Assembly: GCA_934086815.1 (NCBI GenBank)
Contig: CAKOIM010000004.1
Span: 1 to 59,952 of the forward strand
From: an uncultured Bacilli bacterium
GTDB lineage: Bacteria; Bacillota_I; Bacilli_A; RF39; UBA660
Length of the DNA: 59,952 nucleotides
Reading direction: 5' to 3'
The position numbers were made by a program, and so were the translations under genes. Under the pieces are notes generated by a model that did not search any database, was not told the DNA's origin, and worked only from the letters and a program-made list of their open reading frames with translations. Shown here in pieces: positions 1 through 12,711 of this stretch (within the stretch, counting starts at the first letter, position 1; every line of letters starts with the position of its first letter).

Positions 1-75
1 CCGAAGCCTCTTATCCCGAAGCCTCTTATCCCGAAGCCTCTTATCCCGAAGCCTCTTATCCCGAAGCCTCTTATA
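1..75. repeat. Tandem direct repeat, 15-bp unit CCGAAGCCTCTTATC x5, truncated by the window edge
   Basis: Five head-to-tail copies read directly from position 1; the last copy ends TTATA. The unit is 8/15 G+C in an AT-rich background. Plus-strand frames 1 and 2 stay open through the array (frame 1 reads PKPLI repeats and stops at TAA 85-87), so coding status is undecidable here. Confidence 0.9.
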
Positions 76-124
76 TTTAGATTGTAAGATATTCTTAACA
101 TTATTGTCAAGCTTTTTTGATTAA

Positions 125-1138
125 TTATTTAACTCTTTTTAAAACCTTTTCGCCTGGTATTAATGGAATAAATCTTCTAAGAAAATCAGATTGTTCTTTA
201 CAAATTTCATATATATCATTATATAAGTCTTTATTTAATTGATAAATTTTAGCAAATAACAATTCATTTTTTTCACATAATTCTAAAGCTTCACGATATT
301 GCATTATGTATTCATCATTACTAATATTTGGTCTTTTTAATATTTTATGTATTTTCATAATACTTAAAGAAGAAGATAAACCTAAAGTTTTTTGAATAGT
401 TTTAATAATTACACTATTTTTCATATTAAGAGAGTTACTATCTGGAATAATAAATTTATTAATTCCTGCATATTGTAAATAGCCATCGTTTGTTGGATCA
501 AACACGTAACTATTTTCACTGTCCCCTACTAAGGTGATCATATGATTGGGTAAAGGCATAACTTCTACAAGTTTCATAAATAAATTACTAGCACTACCAT
601 TTACCTCGACATCTAAATCTCTTTGGGATAAATTTTGCAAATTACTACATGTATCTCCTTTAGTATGCACTAATAAATTTGATGCTTCTAAGCCATATTC
701 TACACATAAATCTGTAAATAACGAAGAAATTGAACGACACACTCCTTTTCCCCTTACGACATCTAAACCATTAAGAGCTGCAAAATCTTTCATATTCATA
801 CTATAATTAAAAGAATGATTATAAGATAAGTAACCATTACGATATAAATAAATGTAGAAAACAAATAAATCAACTGGTCTTTGAATATCTAATTCTTTTA
901 ATGTATCAGATGTATTTTTAACAATTTCTAAATACATTTCTTTTAATTCTTTATATTCTTTAGTTATTTTTTCAGTATAGGCAAATGTAACTACATCAAG
1001 TGTTCTTATCATATTAAGGGCATTATAATAAACTTCTATATTAGTTATATCTGTAATATTATTCTTATATAAAATATTTAAAATTAGCCAACTTAACAAT
1101 TCTACTTTTCTAATATTTTCAATTGTTTTTAAATACAT
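125..1138 (-). CDS. Hypothetical protein, possible transglutaminase-like (papain-fold) cysteine peptidase domain
   Basis: 337-aa ORF. The motif order GVCRSISSLF ... NHMITLV ... VFDPTND fits a Cys-His-Asp arrangement. Assigned by eye only. Confidence 0.5.
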   Translation of the reverse strand: MYLKTIENIRKVELLSWLILNILYKNNITDITNIEVYYNALNMIRTLDVVTFAYTEKITKEYKELKEMYLEIVKNTSDTLKELDIQRPVDLFVFYIYLYRNGYLSYNHSFNYSMNMKDFAALNGLDVVRGKGVCRSISSLFTDLCVEYGLEASNLLVHTKGDTCSNLQNLSQRDLDVEVNGSASNLFMKLVEVMPLPNHMITLVGDSENSYVFDPTNDGYLQYAGINKFIIPDSNSLNMKNSVIIKTIQKTLGLSSSLSIMKIHKILKRPNISNDEYIMQYREALELCEKNELLFAKIYQLNKDLYNDIYEICKEQSDFLRRFIPLIPGEKVLKRVK

Positions 1139-1219
1139 AAGTATCCCCCTAAGTGAATATATTTTAACAAATTATTATGTTTAAGTAAATAAAACTTGTG
1201 AATTAACACAAGTCTATAA

Positions 1220-2428
1220 TTATTTTGCTTTTAACGGAGTAATATTTAAATCACAACCCTTTGATTTTAAAAGTGCTGTATATTTATTATACAATCTCTC
1301 ATAATCTTTTAAATAAGTTTCATCAATCATACTAAAAGGTATAACTTGATGATTTTTATGAACCGCAGTATTTATCGGATTACCATCATATTTTGTAAAT
1401 ATTAATTCTCCGCCTAAATTATCTATTTTAATATTTATTTCTTTATTTTCTTTTATAGTTTTTGTTATATCTAAAGTGGCCATAAAACCAACTAATTTAT
1501 TATAATCATTCGTTCCATATTGATTAGATATAAAATTCCCCAAAGAATACATAACTATTGTATTTTTAATTTTTTCTATTGGTTGTAAAATATGCGGATG
1601 ATTACCAATTATAATATCAACGCCTAAATCAGCTAAAAAATTGGCAATATCTACTTCCTCTTTATTTGGTTCATCAATATACTCAATACCCCAATGCATA
1701 GCAACAATTAATATATCAACATTATCTCTTAGAGCTTCAATATCTTCTTTTACCTTTTCTTTATCAAATTTATTTACTAAATAACTTTTATTTTGCGGAG
1801 TACTTAATCCATTATCAATTGTTGTATAAGATAACATAGCATATGTAATATTATTTTTTTCTTTTATATTATAATTTTTTCTATCTTCTTCACTTTTATT
1901 CATTCCACTATATAAATAATCAGTATTCTCAAAGTAATTTAAGGTATTTATAACACCTTGTTCTCCACGGTCAAAAGAATGATTAGATGCTAAAGAAACA
2001 GTATTAAATCCCGCATCATACATAGCATCAGCAAAACTAGATGGTACATAAAATCTAGGATATCCACTATAAGGAATAGATTCATCACCTAAAGGAGTCT
2101 CTTGATTATAATAAGCAATATCATATTGTTTTACTATATCTTTTACATACATTAAAGCCGGAGTAAAATCATACCCATTACTAGTTTTATAATTATTAAA
2201 AATAACACTATGAACTAGCCCATCCCCAGTTGCTAAAAGTTTTAATTTATATACTTCATCTACTTTTTTGTTATTCTTTTCTAAAGTATTATCTGCATTA
2301 TAATACTCATTTGTATTATCGTTTATATTTATATTATTAAAATATTTAAATGCAAAAAAACCTATTACTAATAGGCCTAAAAGTAAATATTTAATATATG
2401 ATTTAACTTTTCTATTTCTTTTTTTCAT
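1220..2428 (-). CDS. CapA-family metallophosphatase-like protein with N-terminal membrane anchor
   Basis: 402 aa with N-terminal hydrophobic segment LLLGLLVIGFFAF. CapA-type motifs ATGDGLVHS, SLASNHSFDRG, VAMHWGIEY and IIGNHPHILQP. Confidence 0.8.
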   Translation of the reverse strand: MKKRNRKVKSYIKYLLLGLLVIGFFAFKYFNNININDNTNEYYNADNTLEKNNKKVDEVYKLKLLATGDGLVHSVIFNNYKTSNGYDFTPALMYVKDIVKQYDIAYYNQETPLGDESIPYSGYPRFYVPSSFADAMYDAGFNTVSLASNHSFDRGEQGVINTLNYFENTDYLYSGMNKSEEDRKNYNIKEKNNITYAMLSYTTIDNGLSTPQNKSYLVNKFDKEKVKEDIEALRDNVDILIVAMHWGIEYIDEPNKEEVDIANFLADLGVDIIIGNHPHILQPIEKIKNTIVMYSLGNFISNQYGTNDYNKLVGFMATLDITKTIKENKEINIKIDNLGGELIFTKYDGNPINTAVHKNHQVIPFSMIDETYLKDYERLYNKYTALLKSKGCDLNITPLKAK

Positions 2429-2429
2429 A

Positions 2430-2813
2430 TTAATCTTTATTCATTATATTATATATTTCTTCTTTATCTATATTATGCGTCGGATTTTGAAAATTTGGAA
2501 GCAAATGTAAATGTAAATGCTTAATTACTTGATCATTACCATAATTTATTAAAAATGTTAAAGAATCTTTATTTAAGTTTTTCATTAGCTTTAATGCTTC
2601 ATCTTTCCCCTTATTAAATATATTTTTTAATTCATCTTCCGGAGTATCATATATATCTTCATAATGTTTTTTAGGAATTACTAATGTATGACCATCCGTA
2701 TTAGGATAAGCATCTAACATAATTAAGATGTCATCATCTTCATATAATATTAAAGCAGGTACTTCCTTTCTTACAATTTTACAAAATAAACAATCATCTT
2801 TCACTATCATCAT
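2430..2813 (-). CDS. HIT-family (histidine triad) nucleotide hydrolase
   Basis: 127 aa with the histidine triad HLHLHLLP near the C-terminus. The stop is 1 nt from the capA-like start. Confidence 0.85.
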   Translation of the reverse strand: MMIVKDDCLFCKIVRKEVPALILYEDDDILIMLDAYPNTDGHTLVIPKKHYEDIYDTPEDELKNIFNKGKDEALKLMKNLNKDSLTFLINYGNDQVIKHLHLHLLPNFQNPTHNIDKEEIYNIMNKD

Positions 2814-2889
2814 CTCCCTTTTTAGTATAACAAATTGTGTGTACTTTTGTCTAGTTATTGCATATATTGAAATAGGAGTGTGATATATA

Positions 2890-3426
2890 TTGTCTAGTTA
2901 TAAAGAAATAGTTACTAAAGCTGTCATAGGAAAAGCCAAGAAAACAAATAGTCAAGAGTATAATTTAAAACCAGAAGAAAATGCAAACACTGTTTTAGGT
3001 TGTTGGGTAATTAATCATTCTTTTAATGGTACCAAAGGAAATGATGGTGCAGTTTTAGTTAATGGATCATTTGATGTTAATGTATGGTATTCTTATGACA
3101 CTGATAAAAAAACTGCGGTTACAACTAAAAAATTTAGTTATACAGATAAGTTAAATGTTCCAATAAAAAATGATAGTAATATAGATAGTGCAAGTGAAAT
3201 AATTGTTAGATGTTTAAAACAACCTACAGTATCTAATGTAAAAATTGAAAATGGTATTATAAATTTAGATATAGAAAAAGAAATGGGCGTCGAAATAGTT
3301 GGGGATGCTAAAGTTAAAATAAGTGTCGAAGATGATTATGATGATTATGAAGAAATTGTCGATGATGAAGATATCGAAGAAATTATAGATGAAGTAAATG
3401 AAAATTATTTAAATGATAATGAATAG
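2890..3426 (+). CDS. cotE: Outer spore coat morphogenetic protein CotE-like
   Basis: 178 aa with a TTG start after AGGAGTG. N-terminus SYKEIVTKAVIGKAKK ... LGCWVINHSF ... DVNVWYSY and an acidic C-terminal tail match remembered B. subtilis CotE. Confidence 0.7.
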   Translation: MSSYKEIVTKAVIGKAKKTNSQEYNLKPEENANTVLGCWVINHSFNGTKGNDGAVLVNGSFDVNVWYSYDTDKKTAVTTKKFSYTDKLNVPIKNDSNIDSASEIIVRCLKQPTVSNVKIENGIINLDIEKEMGVEIVGDAKVKISVEDDYDDYEEIVDDEDIEEIIDEVNENYLNDNE

Positions 3427-3427
3427 G

Positions 3428-3451
3428 CCTTACAAAACGTAAGGTTTTTTT
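3428..3451 (+). terminator. Rho-independent terminator after cotE
   Basis: CCTTAC-AAAAC-GTAAGG hairpin followed by 7 T. It lies between convergent cotE and rpoC. Confidence 0.6.
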
Positions 3452-3469
3452 GAAAAAAAATGAAATAGA

Positions 3470-6400
3470 TTAAACATCTATTTCACTTGAATAATTTAAT
3501 AAATCTTCGTTATCTAATAATTTATCTTCTAAAGCTTCTTGAGCATCATCTTCAATTAAATCTTTTTCAAGTTCTAAAGCTATATCACTATATTGTTTAT
3601 AACCTGTACCTGCAGGAATTAATTTTCCAATGATAACGTTTTCTTTTAGACCAACTAAATTATCTACTTTACCATGAATTGCAGCATCTGTTAAAACTCT
3701 CGTAGTTTCTTGGAATGATGCAGCTGATAAGAATGAATCAGTTTCTAGAGAACTCTTAGTAATACCAAGCATAATTGGATTACCTTTAGCAGGTGTTTTT
3801 CCTTCTAAAATGTATGGTTTATTACCTTTAGTAAATTCTCTTAGGGAAACAGCTAAGCCTTCAACAAAGTCTGTATCTCCAGCATCTGTTATTCTTACTT
3901 TATTAATCATTCTCTTAACAATGATTTCGATATGTTTATCAGAAATATCAACACCTTGAAGTTTATATACTTTTTGAACTTCTTTCATGATATATTCTTG
4001 GGCTGTAAGTGGATCTGTAACAGCTAATAATTCCTTAGGTGATATAACACCTTCTGTTAATCTATCCCCAGCTTCTACCATATCTCCTATAGAAACACGT
4101 AACTTCATATTATAATTTGTAACATGTTCTCTAACACCAGCTTCATTTTCAATCGTAATTGTATGTTTACCATTTTGTTCTTCAATACCAATAACTTTAC
4201 CAGCAATTTCAGCAATTGTTGCTTTTCCTTTTGGTATACGAGCTTCAAATAATTCTTCTACTCTTGGTAACCCTTGAGTGATATCATCACCACCAGCTAC
4301 ACCACCTGTATGGAATGTACGCATAGTTAACTGAGTACCAGGTTCTCCAATTGATTGAGCAGCCATAATACCTACGGCTTCCCCTTTTTCAACTAAGTTA
4401 CCAGTTGCAAGGTTACGTCCATAACATTTTTGACAAACACCATTATCAGCTTTACATGTAAGGACACTTCTAATTTCAACTTTTTTAATACCAGCTTTAA
4501 CGATCTTTGCAACAGCATTTTCATTAATCATTTCACCAGCATTAACAATTACTTCCTTAGTTTCAGGATTTATTACACGTTTTGATGCAAATCTTCCTAA
4601 AATACGTTCAGAAAGTGGTTCGATAACAGAATTATCTTTTTCATTAAGTAAATCATATACAACTAAACCTTGTACTGAACCACAATCATAATCTTTAACA
4701 ATTATATCTTGAGCAACATCTACTAAACGTCTAGTTAAATATCCTGAGTCCGCAGTTCTTAAAGCCGTATCGGCATCACCTTTACGAGAACCATGAGTTG
4801 ATAAGAAGAATTCTGACACTGTTAGACCTTCAATAAATGATGAAGTAATTGGAATTTCTACAGTTGAACCATCTGGTTTTGCCATTAATCCACGCATACC
4901 AGCAAGTTGAGTAAAGTTAGAAATTTTACCACGAGCACCTGAGTTCATCATCATAAATATTGGATTTTCATAATTGTTTTCACTAATTTCTTTTAATTCG
5001 TTTTTAACATCATCAGTTGCTTTTGTCCAAAGTTCAATTACACTAGTATATCTTTCATTTTCTGTAATTAAACCTCTTTGATATTGTTTATTAATTTTAT
5101 CAACTTTCTTCTTAGCTTCCTCAATTATTTCTTCTTTTTTCTCACTTCTTACAACATCATCAATAGATACTGTTATACCAGCAATTGTAGAATATTTAAA
5201 TCCTAAGTCTTTTAATTTATCAAGCATAATTGATGTTTCAGTAGTTTTATATCTTTTAAATACTTGCGCAATTAATTGACCTAATGTTTTTTGAATAAAT
5301 GGTTGAACTAATTCCATATTTTTTATTGCTTCTGGAATATTTGTACCCATTTCCAAGAAATATTTATCTGGTGTTAACCCTTCTATATTTTCCTTAGTAC
5401 CTTCTTGAACATATGGGTATGTATCTGGTAATATTTCATTAAATTTAATTTTACCTACCGTAGTAACTAAATATTTATCCTTTTCATTATCTGCAAATAA
5501 TTTATATTTAAATGAATTTACAGGAATAGCTATACGCGTATGTAGAGTAATTTCTTTTCTTTCATAAGCCATTAAAGCTTCATTAGGATCTTTATATACA
5601 TGTCCTTCATTAGGTTCTCCGGCTTTTTCAATAGTTAAATAACAGTTACCTAATACCATATCTTGTGATGGTGTAACGATTGGCTTTCCATCTTTTGGAT
5701 TTAAGATATTATTAGCACCAAGCATTAAAATACGAGCTTCAGCTTTTGCTTCTTCACTTAAAGGAACGTGAACAGCCATTTGATCACCATCGAAATCGGC
5801 ATTAAATGCAGTACAAACTAATGGATGTAGTCTTATAGCTTTACCACCTACTAATACTGGTTCAAAAGCTTGAATACCTAGTCTATGTAGTGTAGGTGCT
5901 CTATTTAATAATACTGGATATTCAGTAATTACATCTTCAACAATATCCCATACTGATTCATCGCGAGTATCAATAAGTTTTTTAGCTCCCTTAATGTTAT
6001 GAGCAAGACCACGTTCAACAATACCATTTATTACATGCGGTTTAAAAAGTTCAATAGCCATTTCTTTTGGTAAACCACATTGATACATTTTTAAATTTGG
6101 TCCAACAACGATAACTGAACGACCAGAGTAATCTACTCTTTTACCTAATAGGTTTTGACGGAAACGTCCTTGTTTACCTTTTAGCATACTAGATAAACTT
6201 TTTAAAGGTCTATTTGATGCAGCCGTAATACTTCTACCACGACGACCATTATCAAATAATGAATCCACCGCTTCTTGAAGCATACGCTTTTCATTTTGAA
6301 CAATTATTGATGGAGCTCCTAGTTCAAGTAATTTCTTTAAACGATTATTTCTATTAATTATACGACGATATAAATCATTTAAATCACTTGTAGCAAAACG

Positions 6401-7141
6401 GCCACCATCAAGTTGAATCATCGGACGTAATTCTGGTGGAATTACTGGTAAAACATCTAATACCATCCATTCAGGTTTATTACCAGATTCTTGGAATGCA
6501 ACTAAACAATCTAATCTTTTAACTAGACGAATTCTTTTTTGACCAGTTGCATCTTCTAAATCACGTCTTAAGTCTTCTACTTCTTTATCAATATCTACTC
6601 TTTTTAATAATTCCTTAATAGCTTCAGCACCCATGCCAACTTTAAAACTATTACCATATTTTTCATAATAAGCACGATATTCTTTATCAGATAATGTTTG
6701 TTTCTTTTCAAGCGGAGCATTTCCTGGATCAATTACCACATAACTTACAAAGTATAAAACTTCTTCTAAATCACGTGGTGACATATCAAGGACAAGACCC
6801 ATTTTAGATGGAACTCCTTTAAAGAACCAGATGTGAGAACAAGGAGCAGCAAGTTCAATGTGCCCCATTCTTTCTCTACGTACTTTACTTCTAGTTACTT
6901 CAACACCACAACGATCACAAACAATGTTTTTGTATCTTAATCTTTTATATTTTCCACAAGAACACTCAAAGTCTTTAGATGGTCCAAATATTTTTTCACA
7001 AAATAGCCCATCTCTTTCCGGTTTAAGTGTACGATAATTTATAGTTTCTGGTTTCTTTACTTCTCCATAAGACCAAGCACGAATCTTTTCTGGTGAAGCA
7101 ATACTAACTTTAATTCCTTTAAATTTACTAACATCTATCAT
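3470..7141 (-). CDS. rpoC: DNA-directed RNA polymerase subunit beta'
   Basis: 1223 aa with the universal [12 protein letters not shown] catalytic motif and an N-terminal zinc-binding Cys cluster (CSCGKYKR...CDRCGVEV). Confidence 0.98.
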   Translation of the reverse strand: MIDVSKFKGIKVSIASPEKIRAWSYGEVKKPETINYRTLKPERDGLFCEKIFGPSKDFECSCGKYKRLRYKNIVCDRCGVEVTRSKVRRERMGHIELAAPCSHIWFFKGVPSKMGLVLDMSPRDLEEVLYFVSYVVIDPGNAPLEKKQTLSDKEYRAYYEKYGNSFKVGMGAEAIKELLKRVDIDKEVEDLRRDLEDATGQKRIRLVKRLDCLVAFQESGNKPEWMVLDVLPVIPPELRPMIQLDGGRFATSDLNDLYRRIINRNNRLKKLLELGAPSIIVQNEKRMLQEAVDSLFDNGRRGRSITAASNRPLKSLSSMLKGKQGRFRQNLLGKRVDYSGRSVIVVGPNLKMYQCGLPKEMAIELFKPHVINGIVERGLAHNIKGAKKLIDTRDESVWDIVEDVITEYPVLLNRAPTLHRLGIQAFEPVLVGGKAIRLHPLVCTAFNADFDGDQMAVHVPLSEEAKAEARILMLGANNILNPKDGKPIVTPSQDMVLGNCYLTIEKAGEPNEGHVYKDPNEALMAYERKEITLHTRIAIPVNSFKYKLFADNEKDKYLVTTVGKIKFNEILPDTYPYVQEGTKENIEGLTPDKYFLEMGTNIPEAIKNMELVQPFIQKTLGQLIAQVFKRYKTTETSIMLDKLKDLGFKYSTIAGITVSIDDVVRSEKKEEIIEEAKKKVDKINKQYQRGLITENERYTSVIELWTKATDDVKNELKEISENNYENPIFMMMNSGARGKISNFTQLAGMRGLMAKPDGSTVEIPITSSFIEGLTVSEFFLSTHGSRKGDADTALRTADSGYLTRRLVDVAQDIIVKDYDCGSVQGLVVYDLLNEKDNSVIEPLSERILGRFASKRVINPETKEVIVNAGEMINENAVAKIVKAGIKKVEIRSVLTCKADNGVCQKCYGRNLATGNLVEKGEAVGIMAAQSIGEPGTQLTMRTFHTGGVAGGDDITQGLPRVEELFEARIPKGKATIAEIAGKVIGIEEQNGKHTITIENEAGVREHVTNYNMKLRVSIGDMVEAGDRLTEGVISPKELLAVTDPLTAQEYIMKEVQKVYKLQGVDISDKHIEIIVKRMINKVRITDAGDTDFVEGLAVSLREFTKGNKPYILEGKTPAKGNPIMLGITKSSLETDSFLSAASFQETTRVLTDAAIHGKVDNLVGLKENVIIGKLIPAGTGYKQYSDIALELEKDLIEDDAQEALEDKLLDNEDLLNYSSEIDV

Positions 7142-7143
7142 TT

Positions 7144-10100
7144 TTATTCACCTAACCCATCTTCATTTAAATCTTCTTCAATATCTCCTGGAAATTCAAG
7201 ATCATCTAAATTATCACTTTCTAAAAAGTCATCTTCCACTTCTTCATTTGTTTCTTCTTCATGATTTAATTCTTTAGTTGTAACTTCAATTTCATCAATT
7301 CTAAAGGTATCTTTATCATCTTCGTCTTCTTCAACATCTTTAAATTCTAAAACTTTATCATCGTTATCCACAACTTGAACATCTAATCCTAAAGCTTGAA
7401 ATTCTTTAACTAAAACACGGAATGATTCAGGTACTCCAGCTTGGTCAATTGTTTTACCTTTAACTAAAGCTTCATAAACTTTAACACGTCCAGTAATATC
7501 ATCAGCTTTAACAGTTAAAATTTCTTGTAACACATGAGATGCACCATAAGCATATAATGCCCAAACTTCCATTTCTCCGAAACGTTGACCACCAAATTGT
7601 GCTTTACCACCTAAAGGTTGTTGTGTAACAAGTGAATAAGGTCCTGTTGCTCTAGCATGTAATTTATCATCAACCATGTGGTGAAGTTTAACCATATACA
7701 TAACACCAACATTAACACGATGATCAAAAGCATCACCTGTACGTCCATCATAAAGAGTTACTTTACCATCCGGAGCCATACCAGCTTCCTTCATTTCTTC
7801 AGAAATATCTTCCCAAGTAGCACTGTCAAATACTGGAGTTGCATAATGAACGCCTAATTTTTTACCAGCCATACCTAAGTGTAATTCTAAGATTTGTCCA
7901 ATGTTCATACGAGATGGAACACCTAATGGATTAAGCATAACATCAACTGGACGACCATCTGGTAAATAAGGCATATCTTCTTCTGGTAAAATAAGTGAAA
8001 TAACCCCTTTGTTACCATGACGACCAGACATTTTATCCCCAACTTGAATTTTACGTTTTTGAATTATATATACACGAATAATTTTTGATACACCCGCAGG
8101 TAATTCATCACTATTTTCTTTTGTATAAACTTTAATATCATGAACAAACCCACCAGCACCATGTTCAACACGTAAAGATGTATCTCTTACTTCTCTTGTC
8201 TTTTCTCCAAATATAGCATGTAATAGTTTTTCTTCACTAGTTAACTCTTGAACACCCTTCGGAGTTACTTTACCAACTAAAATATCCCCTTCTCTTACTT
8301 CAGTACCAATTTTAATAATACCATCAGCATCTAAATTTTTACGTGCATCTTCACCAACATTTGGAATATCACGAGTAATTTCTTCAGGTCCAAGTTTTGT
8401 ATCACGACAATCTATATCATAGTGAGATATATGTAGTGATGTATAAATATCATCTTTTACTAATCTTTCATTTAATATTACAGCATCTTCATAGTTATAT
8501 CCATTATATGTCATAAATGCAACTGTTAAATTTTTACCTAAGGCAAGTTCACCTTTTTCTGTTGAAGGTCCATCGGCTATAACTTGATTACGATGTACTT
8601 TATCACCTTTTTTAACTAAAGGATGATGATTAATACAACTTGAGGCATTACTACGTTCATAATTAGCTAAATGATATGTATCTTTTCCGTTTAATGTTTT
8701 AACTATTATTTGTAGTCCATCAGCATATTCAACAACTCCATCTGCTTTACATACTATTGTAGAACCTGAATCACGAGCTGCTATATATTCAACACCTGTA
8801 CCAACTATTGGAGCTTCTGCTTCTAATAAAGGTACAGCTTGACGTTGCATATTTGCACCCATTAATGTTCTATGGGCATCATCAAATTCAAGGAATGGTA
8901 TACAACTTGTTGTAACAGCTACAACTTGACTTGGAGCTACGTCCATGAAATCAACTTGTTCTCTTTTAACATAAACAGTATCACCATTAACACGAACTAC
9001 TACTTCATCATCTATAATTTTATTATTATCATCTAATTTAACCGCAGCTTGACTTATAGCATGTCCTCTTTCTTCATCCGCAGTCATATATACAACTTCA
9101 TCAGTAACTACACCATCTTTTACTTTATGATATGGAGTCATAATAAAGCCATAATCATTTATTTTTGCATACCCTGCAAGTGATGTAATTAACCCAATAT
9201 TTTGACCTTCTGGTGATTCTATTGGACAAATACGACCATAGTGTGATGCATTAACGTCACGAACATCCATACCAGCACGATCTCTTGATAAACCTCCAGG
9301 CCCTAGACTTGATAAACGTCTTTTATCAGTTAACTCAGCTATTGGATTTATTTGATCCATAAATTTTGATAATTGGCTTGATCCAAAAAATTCTTTTAAA
9401 GCTGCTGTAACTGGTCTTATATTAATTAATGTCTTCGGAGTAACAGTATCAATTTCTTGAGTAGTCATTCTTTCTCTAATTACTCTTTCCATTCTTGACA
9501 TACCAGTTCTAAATTGGTTTTGAATTAATTCACCAACTTGACGAACACGACGATTTCCTAAGTTATCTATTTCATCATCATGACCTATATTTGAATGTAA
9601 ATTAATATAATAACTTAAAGATGCATAAATATCTGGAATTGTTAATCTTCTTACATCTACGCTTTGATCTACACCAATAATATTGATAGCCTTCTTATTA
9701 TCTTTAGGATCTACTACTTTAATTACTTGAATCATTTTATAATCATCTAATTCTTCATTAATTAAAGCTTCTCTTAAGTTTAATCCTTCTTCAAATAATG
9801 GTTTTAATTCTTCTAGTAATTCTTTTGTAATTACAGTTCCAGCCTCAGCAATAACTTCATCATTTTTAATTAAACTTTCTGCAAGAGTTAAACCTTCTAA
9901 TCTATCTATAACATTTAATTTCTTATTAAATTTATATCTACCAACCTTAGCTAAATCATAACGGAATCTATCAAAGAATCTTGTAACAAGTTGATTTTTT
10001 GAAGAATCTAATGTAGCTGGTTCTCCCGGTCTTAATTTTTCATAAATTTCAATTAATGCTTCATCCGTATTACTTGAACTGTCCTTTTCTAATGTATTTT

Positions 10101-10752
10101 TAATATAATCATTATCTCCAAATAATTTAATTATATCTTCATCACTTGATAAACCTAAAGCTCTAAGTAATGTTGTAACAGTTACTTTTCTTGTTCTATC
10201 AATTCTTACATATAAAACATCTCGAGCATCTGTTTCGTATTCAAGCCATGTCCCTTTATTAGGAATTAATTCCCCACCAATTATATGACGTCCATTTTTA
10301 TCAATTTCTTTTTTAAAATAAACACTTGGACTTCTTACTAATTGTGAGACAATTACCCTTTCTGCCCCATTTATAATAAATGTTCCAGCTTCAGTCATTA
10401 AAGGCATATCCCCAAGAAATATAGTTTGTTCTTTAACTTCTCCTGTTTCATGAATAAAAAGCCGTGCTTCTACCTTTAACGGAGCCGCATAGTTTACCAT
10501 TCTTTCTTTTGCTTCTTTAATTGAATATCTTGGTTCATCAAAATAGTAATCACCAAATTCTAAAGATATATTACCTGTAAAACTTTCCACAGGAAATAAA
10601 TCTTCAAAAATTTCTTTAATTCCATTTTCTAAGAAATTTTGGTAAGATTTCTTTTGCACTTCCAATAAATCATTCAATTCTAGAACATTATTAGTTTTTG
10701 AAAAACTTCTTCTTTCACGATAGTCACCAAATTTTTTTAATTTATAAGCCAC
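7144..10752 (-). CDS. rpoB: DNA-directed RNA polymerase subunit beta
   Basis: 1202 aa with a GTG start after GGGGTGA. Conserved blocks [20 protein letters not shown] and SGRHGNKGV. It ends 2 nt before rpoC. Confidence 0.98.
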   Translation of the reverse strand: MAYKLKKFGDYRERRSFSKTNNVLELNDLLEVQKKSYQNFLENGIKEIFEDLFPVESFTGNISLEFGDYYFDEPRYSIKEAKERMVNYAAPLKVEARLFIHETGEVKEQTIFLGDMPLMTEAGTFIINGAERVIVSQLVRSPSVYFKKEIDKNGRHIIGGELIPNKGTWLEYETDARDVLYVRIDRTRKVTVTTLLRALGLSSDEDIIKLFGDNDYIKNTLEKDSSSNTDEALIEIYEKLRPGEPATLDSSKNQLVTRFFDRFRYDLAKVGRYKFNKKLNVIDRLEGLTLAESLIKNDEVIAEAGTVITKELLEELKPLFEEGLNLREALINEELDDYKMIQVIKVVDPKDNKKAINIIGVDQSVDVRRLTIPDIYASLSYYINLHSNIGHDDEIDNLGNRRVRQVGELIQNQFRTGMSRMERVIRERMTTQEIDTVTPKTLINIRPVTAALKEFFGSSQLSKFMDQINPIAELTDKRRLSSLGPGGLSRDRAGMDVRDVNASHYGRICPIESPEGQNIGLITSLAGYAKINDYGFIMTPYHKVKDGVVTDEVVYMTADEERGHAISQAAVKLDDNNKIIDDEVVVRVNGDTVYVKREQVDFMDVAPSQVVAVTTSCIPFLEFDDAHRTLMGANMQRQAVPLLEAEAPIVGTGVEYIAARDSGSTIVCKADGVVEYADGLQIIVKTLNGKDTYHLANYERSNASSCINHHPLVKKGDKVHRNQVIADGPSTEKGELALGKNLTVAFMTYNGYNYEDAVILNERLVKDDIYTSLHISHYDIDCRDTKLGPEEITRDIPNVGEDARKNLDADGIIKIGTEVREGDILVGKVTPKGVQELTSEEKLLHAIFGEKTREVRDTSLRVEHGAGGFVHDIKVYTKENSDELPAGVSKIIRVYIIQKRKIQVGDKMSGRHGNKGVISLILPEEDMPYLPDGRPVDVMLNPLGVPSRMNIGQILELHLGMAGKKLGVHYATPVFDSATWEDISEEMKEAGMAPDGKVTLYDGRTGDAFDHRVNVGVMYMVKLHHMVDDKLHARATGPYSLVTQQPLGGKAQFGGQRFGEMEVWALYAYGASHVLQEILTVKADDITGRVKVYEALVKGKTIDQAGVPESFRVLVKEFQALGLDVQVVDNDDKVLEFKDVEEDEDDKDTFRIDEIEVTTKELNHEEETNEEVEDDFLESDNLDDLEFPGDIEEDLNEDGLGE

Positions 10753-10857
10753 GATATCACCCCATACACAATTTTTTTTAGACTATTTTTTCCGTATTTT
10801 TCATAAAAAAATAAATACGCCACCAATTTAAAATTTTAAAGCTAAAAACAAAATTTG

Positions 10858-11454
10858 TCAATCTATTTTTGCTTTAAAAATATAAAATCCCTTACTTTTT
10901 GCAACAATATCAACATTATAACACTCCATAAGTGCTTTTTTTGTCGATTTAGCCCCTTGGTCTTTATTAATAACAAACCAAAGTTCTCCATCCTTTTCTA
11001 AATGATTTTTAGCACCATTTAAAATGTTTAAAACTATTGCTTTACCAGCCCTAATTGGCGGATTGGTTATTATATAATCATATTTATTTTTTACATTTTC
11101 ATAAGCATTACTCTCATAACAAACACCATTTATTTTATTTTCTTTTATATTCATATCACATAAGTGTAATGCCCTTTTATTTACATCTACAAAATCAACT
11201 TTTGCATCAATAAGTTTGCCAATTGTAATTCCTAAAAAACCATAACCACAGCCAACATCCAATATTTTTTTGCCTTTTTCTTCGTTATGTTTTTCTATAA
11301 ATGCTTCCATTAAAACTCTTGAAGCATAATCGATTTTATTTTTGGCAAAAACTCCATTGTCACTAAAAAAGCAAAATCTTTTATCTTCATATATATATTC
11401 AATTTTTCGTAACTCACTTTTTAAATTTTCGTTATTAGTAAAATAATGTTCCAA
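10858..11454 (-). CDS. Class I SAM-dependent methyltransferase (RsmC/YbxB-like)
   Basis: 198 aa with a TTG start. Motif I is ILDVGCGYG and motif IV is ITNPPIRAGK. It occupies the same position upstream of rpoB as B. subtilis ybxB. Confidence 0.8.
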   Translation of the reverse strand: MEHYFTNNENLKSELRKIEYIYEDKRFCFFSDNGVFAKNKIDYASRVLMEAFIEKHNEEKGKKILDVGCGYGFLGITIGKLIDAKVDFVDVNKRALHLCDMNIKENKINGVCYESNAYENVKNKYDYIITNPPIRAGKAIVLNILNGAKNHLEKDGELWFVINKDQGAKSTKKALMECYNVDIVAKSKGFYIFKAKID

Positions 11455-11538
11455 AGGCCAAGTCCCCTTTTCTTAAAACGTATCTTTAGTATACTAAAAA
11501 AACTATTCAAGGTCAATTGTTTTTGAATAGTTTTTCCC

Positions 11539-12642
11539 TTATTTTAAATTCAAATCACATATATCTTTATTTACTTTGAAATTTTTATTTATCACAATCT
11601 TTTTACCATTATGACAATCAAGTAAATTAAATTTATCTAATATATAATATTTAGCAATTTCTTGTTCTTCATCATCTTTAAGAGTTTCATAAGAACTACT
11701 CTTAATTAAATCATTCCACGTAAATCTATTATCCGTAAGTAAATAACTTAATTCATAAATATTATCATTATCATACTTTATATTTAAAGAACTAATTCCA
11801 TAATAGTAATAATTTTTATCGCTTACTAAATTAGTTAATGCTTTCGTATCACTATTTACAATTTCATACGAATATTCATTATATAAATCACAAGGAACTA
11901 AAAGCGTATCTTTTAAAACTAACGTATAACCTTGTTCAGTTTTCTTTATTTCACTTACTCTTCCATATACATTTATATAGTCATATATTCTATACTTACT
12001 TAAATCTTCATTAGTATTAATTTGCAAATTATAATTTAAATTAAAAGATACATTGCCATTTAAACTATTTTCATTTTTACTATATAATGCTAACTCAATA
12101 CTTTCTTTACCTGTAATCTTACTTATTTTTCCTAAAACATTTACAAACTTTTCTTTGTATTCATTATATCCTTTTTTAGGATCACTTAATAAATCTACAA
12201 TATTTATTTCTTTTAAATCATTTAAATCACAAACATAACTTAAATTGTATCCCTTATCAAATGTTTTCTTTCCATTACAATCATATACACGGTAAAAGAA
12301 ACTATTATACGTTTTTACATTTTCACTACTTTCAATATTACGAGCAAAAATTGGTACTCTTGTATATTTTGATACAAGCAATAAATCTACACTAAAAGTC
12401 CCGCCTAATAATATAATTAATAGAATAATACGTATTAAAATATTATTTTTATGAAACGAAAAACTAAACAGACACATAAGAGTACCTACGGCTACACTTA
12501 GTAATCGTAAAATACTATATGTATTAAATAAGAATGGCACAATTATAAACGTAAGTCCTAACCCCAACAATAATATAAATCTTTTTTTCAAATATATCGC
12601 CTCCTTATTTATTCTAAACACTTTTTTATATTTGTTACACAT
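11539..12642 (-). CDS. Hypothetical membrane protein
   Basis: 367-aa ORF with three N-terminal hydrophobic segments and a large soluble C-terminal part. No recognisable motif. Confidence 0.5.
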   Translation of the reverse strand: MCNKYKKVFRINKEAIYLKKRFILLLGLGLTFIIVPFLFNTYSILRLLSVAVGTLMCLFSFSFHKNNILIRIILLIILLGGTFSVDLLLVSKYTRVPIFARNIESSENVKTYNSFFYRVYDCNGKKTFDKGYNLSYVCDLNDLKEINIVDLLSDPKKGYNEYKEKFVNVLGKISKITGKESIELALYSKNENSLNGNVSFNLNYNLQINTNEDLSKYRIYDYINVYGRVSEIKKTEQGYTLVLKDTLLVPCDLYNEYSYEIVNSDTKALTNLVSDKNYYYYGISSLNIKYDNDNIYELSYLLTDNRFTWNDLIKSSSYETLKDDEEQEIAKYYILDKFNLLDCHNGKKIVINKNFKVNKDICDLNLK

Positions 12643-12711
12643 TTTCTATCAAAATTATAGCATGAGTACTTTTTCTCTTCAAGGCAAAATAAATATTTTT
12701 CAACAAAAATT

